Below, piece after piece: positions 34,434 through 41,266 of a stretch of 42,010 nt of DNA. Origin of the DNA: a virus; the IMG/VR virus record IMGVR_UViG_3300028800_000026, positions 1 to 42,010 of that record, one strand, 5' to 3'. Both the position numbers and the translations under genes were made by a program. Below the pieces are notes generated by a model. That model did no database searches. It was not told the origin of the DNA and saw only the letters and a program-made list of their open reading frames with translations. The first letter of the stretch is position 1, and the number at the start of each line of letters is the position of its first letter.

Positions 34434-35066
34434 ATGGAAGAAAGAGCCGAAGATATTAAGTACTTTTTAGATTATTTTGGTGGAATAGATAATCTTAAAT
34501 TGCTTCTAAATGAAGAGTTTTTTTTAAAAAATGATAAAATATATTCCAGATTAAAAGGAATTTTAATAGATTATTTTTTGAACAATAAAAATTGTGCGCA
34601 AATCGGAGAAGATCAGGAGGTAACCTCTAGCAGAATTAACCATCTCTTGAAAAAAGGACTGCGAGGCTTAAAGTCAATTTATGAAAAAGAAAAAGCCAAA
34701 AAAGAGATACTAGAACGGGGAATTCCTGATTTAAGCATACGAGAAATGAATCTCAGCTACTATACTGAAAATATATTGATTCGCTCTGGTTGCACGAATT
34801 TAAAGGATGTTTTGACTCTCACTCAAAAGAATTTTTTAAAAATTAGCGACTCCGGGAGACGGAATCTCCGAGAACTTCAGGAATGGCTAGACTCAAATGG
34901 ACTAGAAACACTTAAAGTTGGCAATGCTGACCCTAAGATTCGTAATTCAAAAAAAGACATGTGTAATTATATTATAAATATGTGCTCTGGAAAGACCTTC
35001 ACAAATGAAGAAGTTGATAAAATAGTTTGTTTTTTAAAATCTAGAGTAAAAACAGGGGACAACTAG
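34434..35066 (+). CDS. sigma region-4-like HTH fused to an RNA polymerase alpha C-terminal-domain-like (HhH) module
   Basis: ILIDYFLNNKNCAQIGEDQEVTSSRINHLLKKGLRGLK resembles sigma70 region 4.2. MNLSYYTENILIRSGCTNLKDVLTLTQKNFLKISDSGRRNLRELQEWLDSNGLE aligns by eye with E. coli RpoA [53 protein letters not shown]. Confidence 0.6.
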   Translation: MEERAEDIKYFLDYFGGIDNLKLLLNEEFFLKNDKIYSRLKGILIDYFLNNKNCAQIGEDQEVTSSRINHLLKKGLRGLKSIYEKEKAKKEILERGIPDLSIREMNLSYYTENILIRSGCTNLKDVLTLTQKNFLKISDSGRRNLRELQEWLDSNGLETLKVGNADPKIRNSKKDMCNYIINMCSGKTFTNEEVDKIVCFLKSRVKTGDN

Positions 35067-35082
35067 GGAATTCATTCCCTAG
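35063..35082. terminator. palindromic hairpin CTAGGGAA-ttca-TTCCCTAG at the stop codon of 34434-35066
   Basis: Perfect 8-9 bp palindrome with no T-run. Lies between convergent genes. Confidence 0.3.
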
Positions 35083-35153
35083 CGGCCCTGCGCCTCGACA
35101 TTTTAAGCCGACGACTTGATAGATGTTAACCTAGGCCATCTACCCATTTCAGA

Positions 35154-36293
35154 TTATGGAGAGCTAATATCATCGATAAAAGCTTCCCAGTATACAACGT
35201 CACTTGTACTTCCTGACAGATGTGAAGAAGTATCAGCAGAGGCTTGAAATACGGCATTACCCGACCCAATTATAAAACCCTGCCGTGTGTTATTAACGAA
35301 TGCACCTTGGATCGCAGGTCCATTAATCGTACTTACACCAGCCGAAAAGGTTGGGAAGACAGGACTTGGATACAATGCGCCACCGCTATACTGCACGCCG
35401 CCACTATTGATATCGCCTACGGCTAAAACTTGCGGGAACGAAAGCCCAGGAACACTAGCCACTGTTTGGTTAGTATTAAAGGCAGTCGCTGCGCTAGAAT
35501 TAGCGCTGCAAACGAATTGTGTATTGCTAGAGACCGAAGTCACATAGTAATAAACAGGCGAACCGGGAATTGAGTTGTTTGGAAGAGAATTGAGCTGAGT
35601 TGTCCCCCATGCGGCAGGAATTCTAAACGCAATCTCTTGACCTACAACAAAATTGTGATTCGTAGTAGTCGTTACAGTCGTTGTACTTCCAGTGGAAATA
35701 GCTTCAATGAAGTTTAGTCCTGGAAGATACAAAAAGGGGTAAAGCACTTTTTTAACGAATGCTCCCGCAGGAGAACCAGTTAAAGCAGTGTAATTGCTTC
35801 CACCGCCGGGCCATACGACCGAGAAGTGATCCGCATCCCCAACCGCACTAATGCGGAATGGCATACCAGAAATTTGAGGCATCCCAGTCGTCGCCGATTG
35901 GTATAATCCCTCAAACATCACTACATCCCCAACAGAATACCCGTGGGCAGTCACGTTAAAGACGATAGGATTGGCAGCGGTAGCACCGATGATCTGTTGC
36001 TGCGCACCAAATTGGAACATCAGCCCAGCACCAAACGTGCTAATACCATTGGAAGTAACAACAGCTGTAGTTAATACAGGTGTTCCGCCATTACAATAAT
36101 TGCAAATTGCAAATCCTTGCCCCATCGATACATCCCAGCTTGCGCTAGGGATCAAATGCTGGGTAAATGCCGCCGATGCGGTATAGTTATATAACTTCAC
36201 TCGAGTGGGTTGGAACGGCAGATAAATCGGCACGTTGTTCCCAGTAGCTGCAAGAGTATAGTTACCTTTCGCTGATCTTGAATATTCGCTCAT
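35154..36293 (-). CDS. virion protein with two beta-module copies, directly downstream of the capsid gene (decoration/head-fibre role suspected)
   Basis: Start at ATG 36293 (GGGAGG upstream, just after the MCP TAA). Module copies are ...ATAANPIVFNVTAHGYSVGDVVMFEGL... and ...STGSTTTVTTTTNHNFVVGQEIAFRIPAAWGTTQLN... Confidence 0.65.
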   Translation of the reverse strand: MSEYSRSAKGNYTLAATGNNVPIYLPFQPTRVKLYNYTASAAFTQHLIPSASWDVSMGQGFAICNYCNGGTPVLTTAVVTSNGISTFGAGLMFQFGAQQQIIGATAANPIVFNVTAHGYSVGDVVMFEGLYQSATTGMPQISGMPFRISAVGDADHFSVVWPGGGSNYTALTGSPAGAFVKKVLYPFLYLPGLNFIEAISTGSTTTVTTTTNHNFVVGQEIAFRIPAAWGTTQLNSLPNNSIPGSPVYYYVTSVSSNTQFVCSANSSAATAFNTNQTVASVPGLSFPQVLAVGDINSGGVQYSGGALYPSPVFPTFSAGVSTINGPAIQGAFVNNTRQGFIIGSGNAVFQASADTSSHLSGSTSDVVYWEAFIDDISSP

Positions 36294-36303
36294 GGTTCCT
36301 CCC

Positions 36304-36732
36304 TTATGCCGCAACAAAGTTACCGGCACGAGTCGAAAGCAAGTTTCGAATAGCCGTATCTTGAGTGAGCGCTTGGGCCTGTGCAAACTTCACAGCCAAG
36401 GTAGCATTTTGCGCAAGCATACCAGAATAATAAGGATCTCGATAAATTAGATTCATCGAATAGCCATCCTGGTTAATGTGCGTAATTGCTTGTTTTCCAA
36501 CAACCGTATTATAATAAACGTCTCTTCCGGAAGCCGATGACAATCTTGACACTGGCGCTTCAGAGCTCGTTAAAATACGGACGTTGTATACCGCGCCGTA
36601 CTCCGTTGGGAGTGCGTCGGTGTTGTGGCCATAATTCCATGTGGAAAGAAAGCCGCTACCTGTAAGCGAGTCGAAGTCAGGCTGAAGCTCAGTTGAACTC
36701 AGCATGAAATACGCCGAACGAACAGGACCTGT
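36304..36732 (-). CDS. MCP exon 4 (142 aa plus stop)
   Basis: TGPVRSAYFMLSSTELQPDFDSL...TEYGAVYNVRILTSSEAP...RDVYYNTVVGKQAITHI...LAVKFAQAQALTQDTAIRNLLSTRAGNFVAA. Confidence 0.85.
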   Translation of the reverse strand, partial: TGPVRSAYFMLSSTELQPDFDSLTGSGFLSTWNYGHNTDALPTEYGAVYNVRILTSSEAPVSRLSSASGRDVYYNTVVGKQAITHINQDGYSMNLIYRDPYYSGMLAQNATLAVKFAQAQALTQDTAIRNLLSTRAGNFVAA

Positions 36733-38820
36733 CAAATTCTATTACTTTTGTGACCTAGACTACAAACGTCTGGGCGGGGAAACCTCTTCGGATCTCCCTC
36801 TCATAGTTACCTATGAGTTTAGACTATCGCATCTCCGTTGCCATTCATCAAAATTAAGTGACGAATTAGCCCCATATTCTGGGATTGGAGTCTCAGGATT
36901 TAGTCGTTCAGGCTGATCTGTTTGTAAAAACGACATATCAAGTCCCTTCAGCCAACAACCACATTGCATGCAGTTTCCACCACATTTATAACAAATGCCG
37001 TCTGGCCCAGCTACTTCCATTATGTAATTCTTATCACACATCTCTTGCCCCTTGTTATCCTTCAGCCTATGCTGCAAGGAACTTCAAGTCAATTACCCAA
37101 GATTTTACTTCGGCACAAAGTTTACCGAATTTCAAACTACCTTCAATACCAGAAACGAATTTCTGAGCATTATTTGTATCAAGAGTTGCAGCCACAAGGC
37201 TAAAATCTGAGACGCCCAAATTTGTTGGGTTGTCTCCGTTTCCGCCACCGCCTGCATTGATTTCGGACGCTGCCGATACAATGTAGTCGCGGAGGATCAA
37301 ATCCTCTGCTTGGCGCATGGCTACAGCAAGACGCTCTGACACCCAGGCCAAAACACCTTCCTGATCTTGACATCATTGTTACTTAATGACTTAAGTCACT
37401 AGGTCTGGTCATTTCTGCCAGACTCTGCAATTTCATTTTATAGTTGCAGATCGGACTGTCGCATCACCTTTCGGCGTCCACTCACTCAGTCTCTCACGGT
37501 GACTTTCGTCTTCCGCCTTGTCACCCCATCGGGCTTCCAAGTCAATCAGAGCGGATTTTTAGCATTCAGTATAGCTGTAATATGCAGGATATGCTACAAT
37601 CCTTCACAAACATTCAACATAGGATTCATATGCATGATTTTTACGGAAAGGAGCTTTCTCAATATGAGGTTGGCTATCTTGCCGGGATTATGGACGGAGA
37701 AGGAACTATTCATATCTCCAGACCTATTTCTAGGGCTAAAGACTGTAAAAGTCCGATTTACCAAACTTATATAGCAGTCACCAATACTGACCAAGGCCTT
37801 CTTAATTGGCTTCAAGAAAGAATAGGAGGTATTATTCGATCCATCCCTATAGATAAAAAATCTGGAGTGGTTCGACGTCCCATTTGGAGATGGTATTGTC
37901 CTATTTGTCGTATCAAGAGTTTTTGCGAACTGCTTATTCCATATTCCGTTGTAAAAAGACGAGAGTTTGAGATTATGTATGAGATCAGAGGAACCTATCG
38001 CAATCAAGCAAAACCTGGAAAGCAAGGTGTCCAAAAAGTTCCTGATGAGGATATTTCTATTCGACATCGCTGTTACCTTGAACTTAAAGATCTTCATATA
38101 AGGCCAAATCTTCGTCATCCTAATCTACTACCTAAACGCGGTGAACCCACAAAATCCTAGGATCACCTGCTCGTTGATTCATTTTACGAGCACTTTATGC
38201 TGCACAATCTAAAATGCAGCCGGTTCCAAAAAACGCCATTTGCGCATCAATGATGTCGCGTTGTGGCACCTGTGCAGGAGGGTCAATCCCGCTATTTCCC
38301 AACTGTCTATCTGTTAACTACTTACGTTTAAGTAAGCCGAAAGCCTATTGCACTTTCGTCATTCAGTTTCCTGAATGTTCAGAGCACCGCATCTCTGATT
38401 TCCAGAGGCCAAAATCACATTTGCCTCCATATTCAGAGTCTTCTCGCTTGCTACGTTCAGGCTGACCATAGATTTCTAAAATTCTACCATTTTCATTCAT
38501 AATCCTTCTGGGAACTTCCAGGAGTATTTTTCTGAAATTATCTATTATTTTATCATCCACAGGCTTGCCCCTTCTTATCACCGTCTTTACGCTGCGACTT
38601 TGAAGTCTATCAGAGAAGATTTTACAACCACACATTTTATGGTTGGAGGAGTTAACGCCCTTGGACGCATAAAGCGGCAAGTCGTTCCCCCGTTCACTGG
38701 CATCGACACTTTGTCGCACACCAAAATATAGTTCATTGTGGGAGTCGGGGTATAAAGCATCGCAGGCGCGAGCGACTGCAATATCATTGGACCAAGGTTC
38801 CCAGTAGTAGTAATAGACAT
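36304..38820 (-). CDS. major capsid protein (HK97 fold), split gene: 4 exons and 3 group I introns. Spliced CDS is 954 nt = 317 aa.
   Basis: Exon translations match, in order, the pattern I recall for a common HK97-type capsid family (N4-gp56-type, assignment unverified): LL..A.P.LV...IP.N.GKTV.FRRY / L.EG.TP...V.A.V.QYG / D.VL.E...LLG.QA..TLD.I.RD...NA.KF...KFGT.P..AY / GE.G.LYGVRF..T.EA...DVY...V.G..A.G / ...AKIL. Confidence 0.85.
36733..37123 (-). mobile_element. group I intron C (391 nt)
   Basis: P1: exon TTCGGT (37124-37129) pairs with GCCGAA (37109-37114), with a U.G pair at the splice site. The last base is G (36733). GTAA-capped 7-bp hairpin at 36800-36817. The joined exons read ...SLKFG|TGPVRSAYF in frame. 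Confidence 0.8.
37124..37373 (-). CDS. MCP exon 3 (1 nt plus 83 codons)
   Basis: (I)CQDQEGVLAWVSERLAVAMRQAEDLILRDYI...TLDTNNAQKFVSGIEGSLKFG. The 5' boundary could instead be 37370. Confidence 0.8.
37374..38213 (-). mobile_element. group I intron B (840 nt) carrying an antisense LAGLIDADG gene
   Basis: P1: exon GCTGCAT (38214-38220) pairs with GTGCAGC (38199-38205), with a U.G pair at the splice site. The 3' end ...AAGTAACAATG resembles the ends of introns A and C. Homologous 7-bp hairpin at 37424-37450. Confidence 0.7.
37630..38160 (+). CDS. LAGLIDADG homing endonuclease, single-motif (homodimer-type), encoded antisense to its host intron
   Basis: YLAGIMDGEGTIHI lies about 15 aa after ATG 37630. 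About 176 aa, with no second LAGLIDADG motif. The track ORF extends to 37444; alternative ATG starts are at 37582 and 37591. Confidence 0.75.
   Translation: MHDFYGKELSQYEVGYLAGIMDGEGTIHISRPISRAKDCKSPIYQTYIAVTNTDQGLLNWLQERIGGIIRSIPIDKKSGVVRRPIWRWYCPICRIKSFCELLIPYSVVKRREFEIMYEIRGTYRNQAKPGKQGVQKVPDEDISIRHRCYLELKDLHIRPNLRHPNLLPKRGEPTKS
38214..38306 (-). CDS. MCP exon 2 (93-nt mini-exon: 1 nt + 30 codons + 2 nt)
   Basis: (I)QLGNSGIDPPAQVPQRDIIDAQMAFFGTGC(I) supplies the otherwise missing E-loop tip and return strand (compare L.EG.TP......V.A.V.QYG). It has no start codon, so it is absent from the ORF track. Confidence 0.7.
38307..38638 (-). mobile_element. group I intron A (332 nt)
   Basis: P1: exon CAACCAT (38639-38645) pairs with GTGGTTG (38625-38631), with a U.G pair at the splice site. 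GTAAAATCTT immediately follows, as in intron C. GAAA-capped 7-bp hairpin at 38360-38377. The last base is G (38307). Confidence 0.75.
38639..38820 (-). CDS. MCP exon 1 (60 codons + 2 nt)
   Basis: MSITTTGNLGPMILQSLAPAMLYTPTPTMNYILVCDKVSMPVNGGTTCRFMRPRALTPPT. AAAGGA lies 8 nt upstream of the ATG. Confidence 0.85.
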
Positions 38821-38923
38821 TTTTTTAATCCTTTTGTCTACGTTCCCAATCTAGTTTTGACCTCAGCGAAAGGACTATTACGCCTAATGGAATCAAGATG
38901 GCCGTCTCGAGACCATGTTTAGT

Positions 38924-38985
38924 CGGTACATAAGGGGTTAGCTCCGTACATATAGCTACTATGTACTAACCTACTCCGTACATAA
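38924..38985. promoter_or_regulatory. cluster of GTACATA repeats upstream of the capsid gene
   Basis: CGGTACATAA 38924-38933, CCGTACATAT 38944-38953 and CCGTACATAA 38976-38985, plus an inverted TATGTAC at 38959-38965. Confidence 0.5.
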
Positions 38986-39108
38986 GACCACCTTTGCGAA
39001 GGGGATTACGCGAAACTCATTAACGGCGAGCTACCGAAAACTTCTGATTAACAAATTGATTAAAAATTGGCAAGTGGCGAAAGTGCGATACGAATTCGAC
39101 ACATCTTT

Positions 39109-39480
39109 TTATTGCTTCGAATTCGAGTCGAATCTGTTCCAGGGAGAATGGCCCTCTAGACGTAACTTGTGAGCCATGCGGATATTGTTTGCAATCCACC
39201 CGTCGAACGTAGGGCCTAAGTAATCTTTCATGGATAAATTAGGATGATCACTTAAGAATTGATCGCAGAACTTACAGAAATTGAAGCTTTGGTCTCCGTC
39301 GAATCTAGAACGTCCCCCATTTGCATCTTCTTCACACTTGGCGCATCTCATATTCATAGAATCAATCGTGTTGGTTTTTATCGTATGGAATAATTTCTCA
39401 CAGCAACAGTTGATGCAATAGTAGTAACCATCGTAGATTTCACTTTCCAAGACATCTTCGCTACATTCCCAGCATTTCAT
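39109..39480 (-). CDS. cysteine-rich multi-zinc-finger-like protein (123 aa)
   Basis: CWEC...CINCCC...CAKC...CKFC. Confidence 0.55.
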   Translation of the reverse strand: MKCWECSEDVLESEIYDGYYYCINCCCEKLFHTIKTNTIDSMNMRCAKCEEDANGGRSRFDGDQSFNFCKFCDQFLSDHPNLSMKDYLGPTFDGWIANNIRMAHKLRLEGHSPWNRFDSNSKQ

Positions 39481-39499
39481 GTTATGATAACTCTACTTA

Positions 39500-39682
39500 T
39501 CATACTAATTCCCAGACAACTTTTACTTGTTTGGCGATATACTTATCATTGCCGTGAAGCCACAGAGTACCTTTTTCATAAACATCCTCTTCGCACGGCG
39601 CCCGAGAAGAAATAACGAGAGGACTGTTTCTTATTTCCTCTCTTATAACGCTTCTAACTATTTCCTTAATCCAATTTCTCAT
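39500..39682 (-). CDS. hypothetical protein (60 aa)
   Basis: ORF only. Confidence 0.4.
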   Translation of the reverse strand: MRNWIKEIVRSVIREEIRNSPLVISSRAPCEEDVYEKGTLWLHGNDKYIAKQVKVVWELV

Positions 39683-39814
39683 TTTTTTCTGTCAACTCCT
39701 CGTGTTTTAGAATCGGCAAAACTCATACAGTTTTTGGCGCCCAAAGTTTCATCTTCTCAAAAAAATATAAATCTGACAACGTGAAACGCGGGGCAATCAA
39801 AATAGGAGTCAAAG

Positions 39815-40009
39815 ATGGCTGTCATATATATAGCGCTCAAAAATGCGAGGGAACAAATGTCTGGCAAGATTTCACGAGACTTAGCTGCCAGGTTTGTTCT
39901 CAATCCCATAGATTTATCTATTTTGATGGATGAGGGTTGGGAATGTTTCGAAATCGGAGATCTCAAGCAAATCGAAAAAGTAGAAACAACCGTACTGGAA
40001 AGAAACTAA
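39815..40009 (+). CDS. hypothetical protein (64 aa)
   Basis: AGGAG upstream of the ATG. Confidence 0.5.
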   Translation: MAVIYIALKNAREQMSGKISRDLAARFVLNPIDLSILMDEGWECFEIGDLKQIEKVETTVLERN

Positions 40010-40143
40010 TGGACATCGACCCCTTTTGGTATCTTATGATCTCAATCCTCTCGCTCATATCCTCTATTTCAAGTGTCGCGGCCCTGTGGTATGCGATAAA
40101 GATATTCAATTTTCTAGAAAAAAATGAAATGGATTGGTTCTGA
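40009..40143 (+). CDS. 44-aa membrane peptide
   Basis: TAATG overlap with the upstream gene. MDIDPFWYLMISILSLISSISSVAALWYAIKIF. Confidence 0.45.
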   Translation: MDIDPFWYLMISILSLISSISSVAALWYAIKIFNFLEKNEMDWF

Positions 40144-40443
40144 ATGAAATATAAAATTGTTAAAATTCTAAGGATTGAAACAACACTCGATTCGAGTGAA
40201 TCTATCATGTTTAACAAAGGAGGGGCTCACGAAATTAATATAAAAGCATTTTACCCGGACGACAACGAGGAGGAGCCCACTTCTATTTTCCCCGGATGGG
40301 ACCTATTTGATCAAATAATTGTTCGCGTACAAATGGAAAAGGGGTCCGTAGGAACGTTTAATAGAATCACAGAAGAAGCTAAAGCGCACCGAGCTCAGTG
40401 GGATGGTATCAACAAAAGAGAGTCTGATTTAGGTAACTCTTAA
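40144..40443 (+). CDS. hypothetical protein (99 aa)
   Basis: TGAATG junction with the upstream ORF. Confidence 0.55.
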   Translation: MKYKIVKILRIETTLDSSESIMFNKGGAHEINIKAFYPDDNEEEPTSIFPGWDLFDQIIVRVQMEKGSVGTFNRITEEAKAHRAQWDGINKRESDLGNS

Positions 40444-40447
40444 AGAA

Positions 40448-40485
40448 ACAAACTCTCTCGCACCATTGATCGCGAGAGAGTTTGT
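40448..40485. terminator. 14-bp perfect hairpin between convergent genes
   Basis: ACAAACTCTCTCGC-accattgatc-GCGAGAGAGTTTGT. Confidence 0.55.
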
Positions 40486-40491
40486 CAAAGC

Positions 40492-41169
40492 TCAGAGCCT
40501 CAATCTTTTCTTGAGTTCCTGAACTTTATCGTAAGCATTTTTCTGGCCTACTTCACTAAAGTCACCACCCCCTGCGTAGGGAGCGGCCCCAACGCCCGTG
40601 GGCTGGTAAAAGGGTGATTTCCGATTCTTATCGATCGTCTCTTGGATGGAAGGAGGAGCGACCGCTGGTTTATGAACCCCCAGGGCTTTGATATTTTGAT
40701 ATAAAAGCTTTTGCCTAGCAAACCCATCGGGCATTTCGAGCATGGGTTCAGCGATCTCAGGATGCTTTTGAGCGAATCTTTCGATCACTTCTGATGAAAG
40801 AACCTGAGAGAAGTCGGGATTCTGTCGTAAAAACTGGGCGTTTTTCTCCTGTTCTAACATCTGCCGGGCGCGTTGATCGGCCACTTCATCTACCTTCTTG
40901 CTAAACCTTTCTTCGAACTTCTCGAGCCTTCTATTAAGCCTCTTCTCGTCCACATAAGGTTCATCGTAAGTATCTTCATCGAGATCGGGCTCTCTAAATT
41001 TTTTCTTAGCCACCTCAGCTATCTCTTTTTCATAAGCTGCCGCTTTAGCAATCGCCGCCTGCTTTTCTCTTTCAGTCGCTTCGAGTTTTCGTCTCAGTTG
41101 CTCAAAGTTGTGATCCTTGTCGTTCTCTTTTGACGCTTCTTTTTTCTCGTCTTGAACCGGTGTTGTCAT
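40492..41169 (-). CDS. scaffolding-like protein (acidic, coiled-coil, 225 aa)
   Basis: Charged helical repeats (EKQAAIAKAAAYEKEIAEVAKKK...RRLEKFEERFSKKVDEVADQRARQMLEQEK). AAGGA upstream. The assignment rests on composition and position only. Confidence 0.5.
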   Translation of the reverse strand: MTTPVQDEKKEASKENDKDHNFEQLRRKLEATEREKQAAIAKAAAYEKEIAEVAKKKFREPDLDEDTYDEPYVDEKRLNRRLEKFEERFSKKVDEVADQRARQMLEQEKNAQFLRQNPDFSQVLSSEVIERFAQKHPEIAEPMLEMPDGFARQKLLYQNIKALGVHKPAVAPPSIQETIDKNRKSPFYQPTGVGAAPYAGGGDFSEVGQKNAYDKVQELKKRLRL

Positions 41170-41266
41170 TCATTCCTTCGTCTTTACGCCGACCAGCGAG
41201 TTGATTGTTTTATACAATTTTGTTATTAGCAGGATTAGTTAATTAACATCAACTCAGGACAAGATA

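Noticed and set aside
37424-37500. Apparent capsid pseudo-exon inside intron B. The frame reads ...RLSEWTPKGDATVRSATIK, followed in another frame by KLQSLAEMTRPSDLSH, resembling the E-loop tip and return strand.
   Set aside because: It would need two frame changes across five stop codons. The DNA instead forms the conserved intron hairpins (TCTGCAA/TTGCAGA and GTCTGG/CCAGAC). A clean in-frame mini-exon with its own splice signals exists at 38214-38306.
37594-38118. 174-aa minus-strand ORF.
   Set aside because: It is the antisense shadow of the LAGLIDADG gene, with no capsid-like or other motif.
38363-38719. 118-aa minus-strand ORF (and the homologous 88-aa ORF at 36811-37077) that might be an intron-encoded protein. 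The two share QPER...EYG...F..W..RC.
   Set aside because: Each ORF would occupy almost the whole of a 332- or 391-nt intron that must also fold into a ribozyme core. The 38363-38719 ORF also overlaps capsid exon 1 in another frame. The protein-level similarity is explained by nucleotide-level paralogy of the introns. No nuclease motif was recognised; CYKCGGNCMQCGC in the 88-aa ORF is intriguing but isolated.
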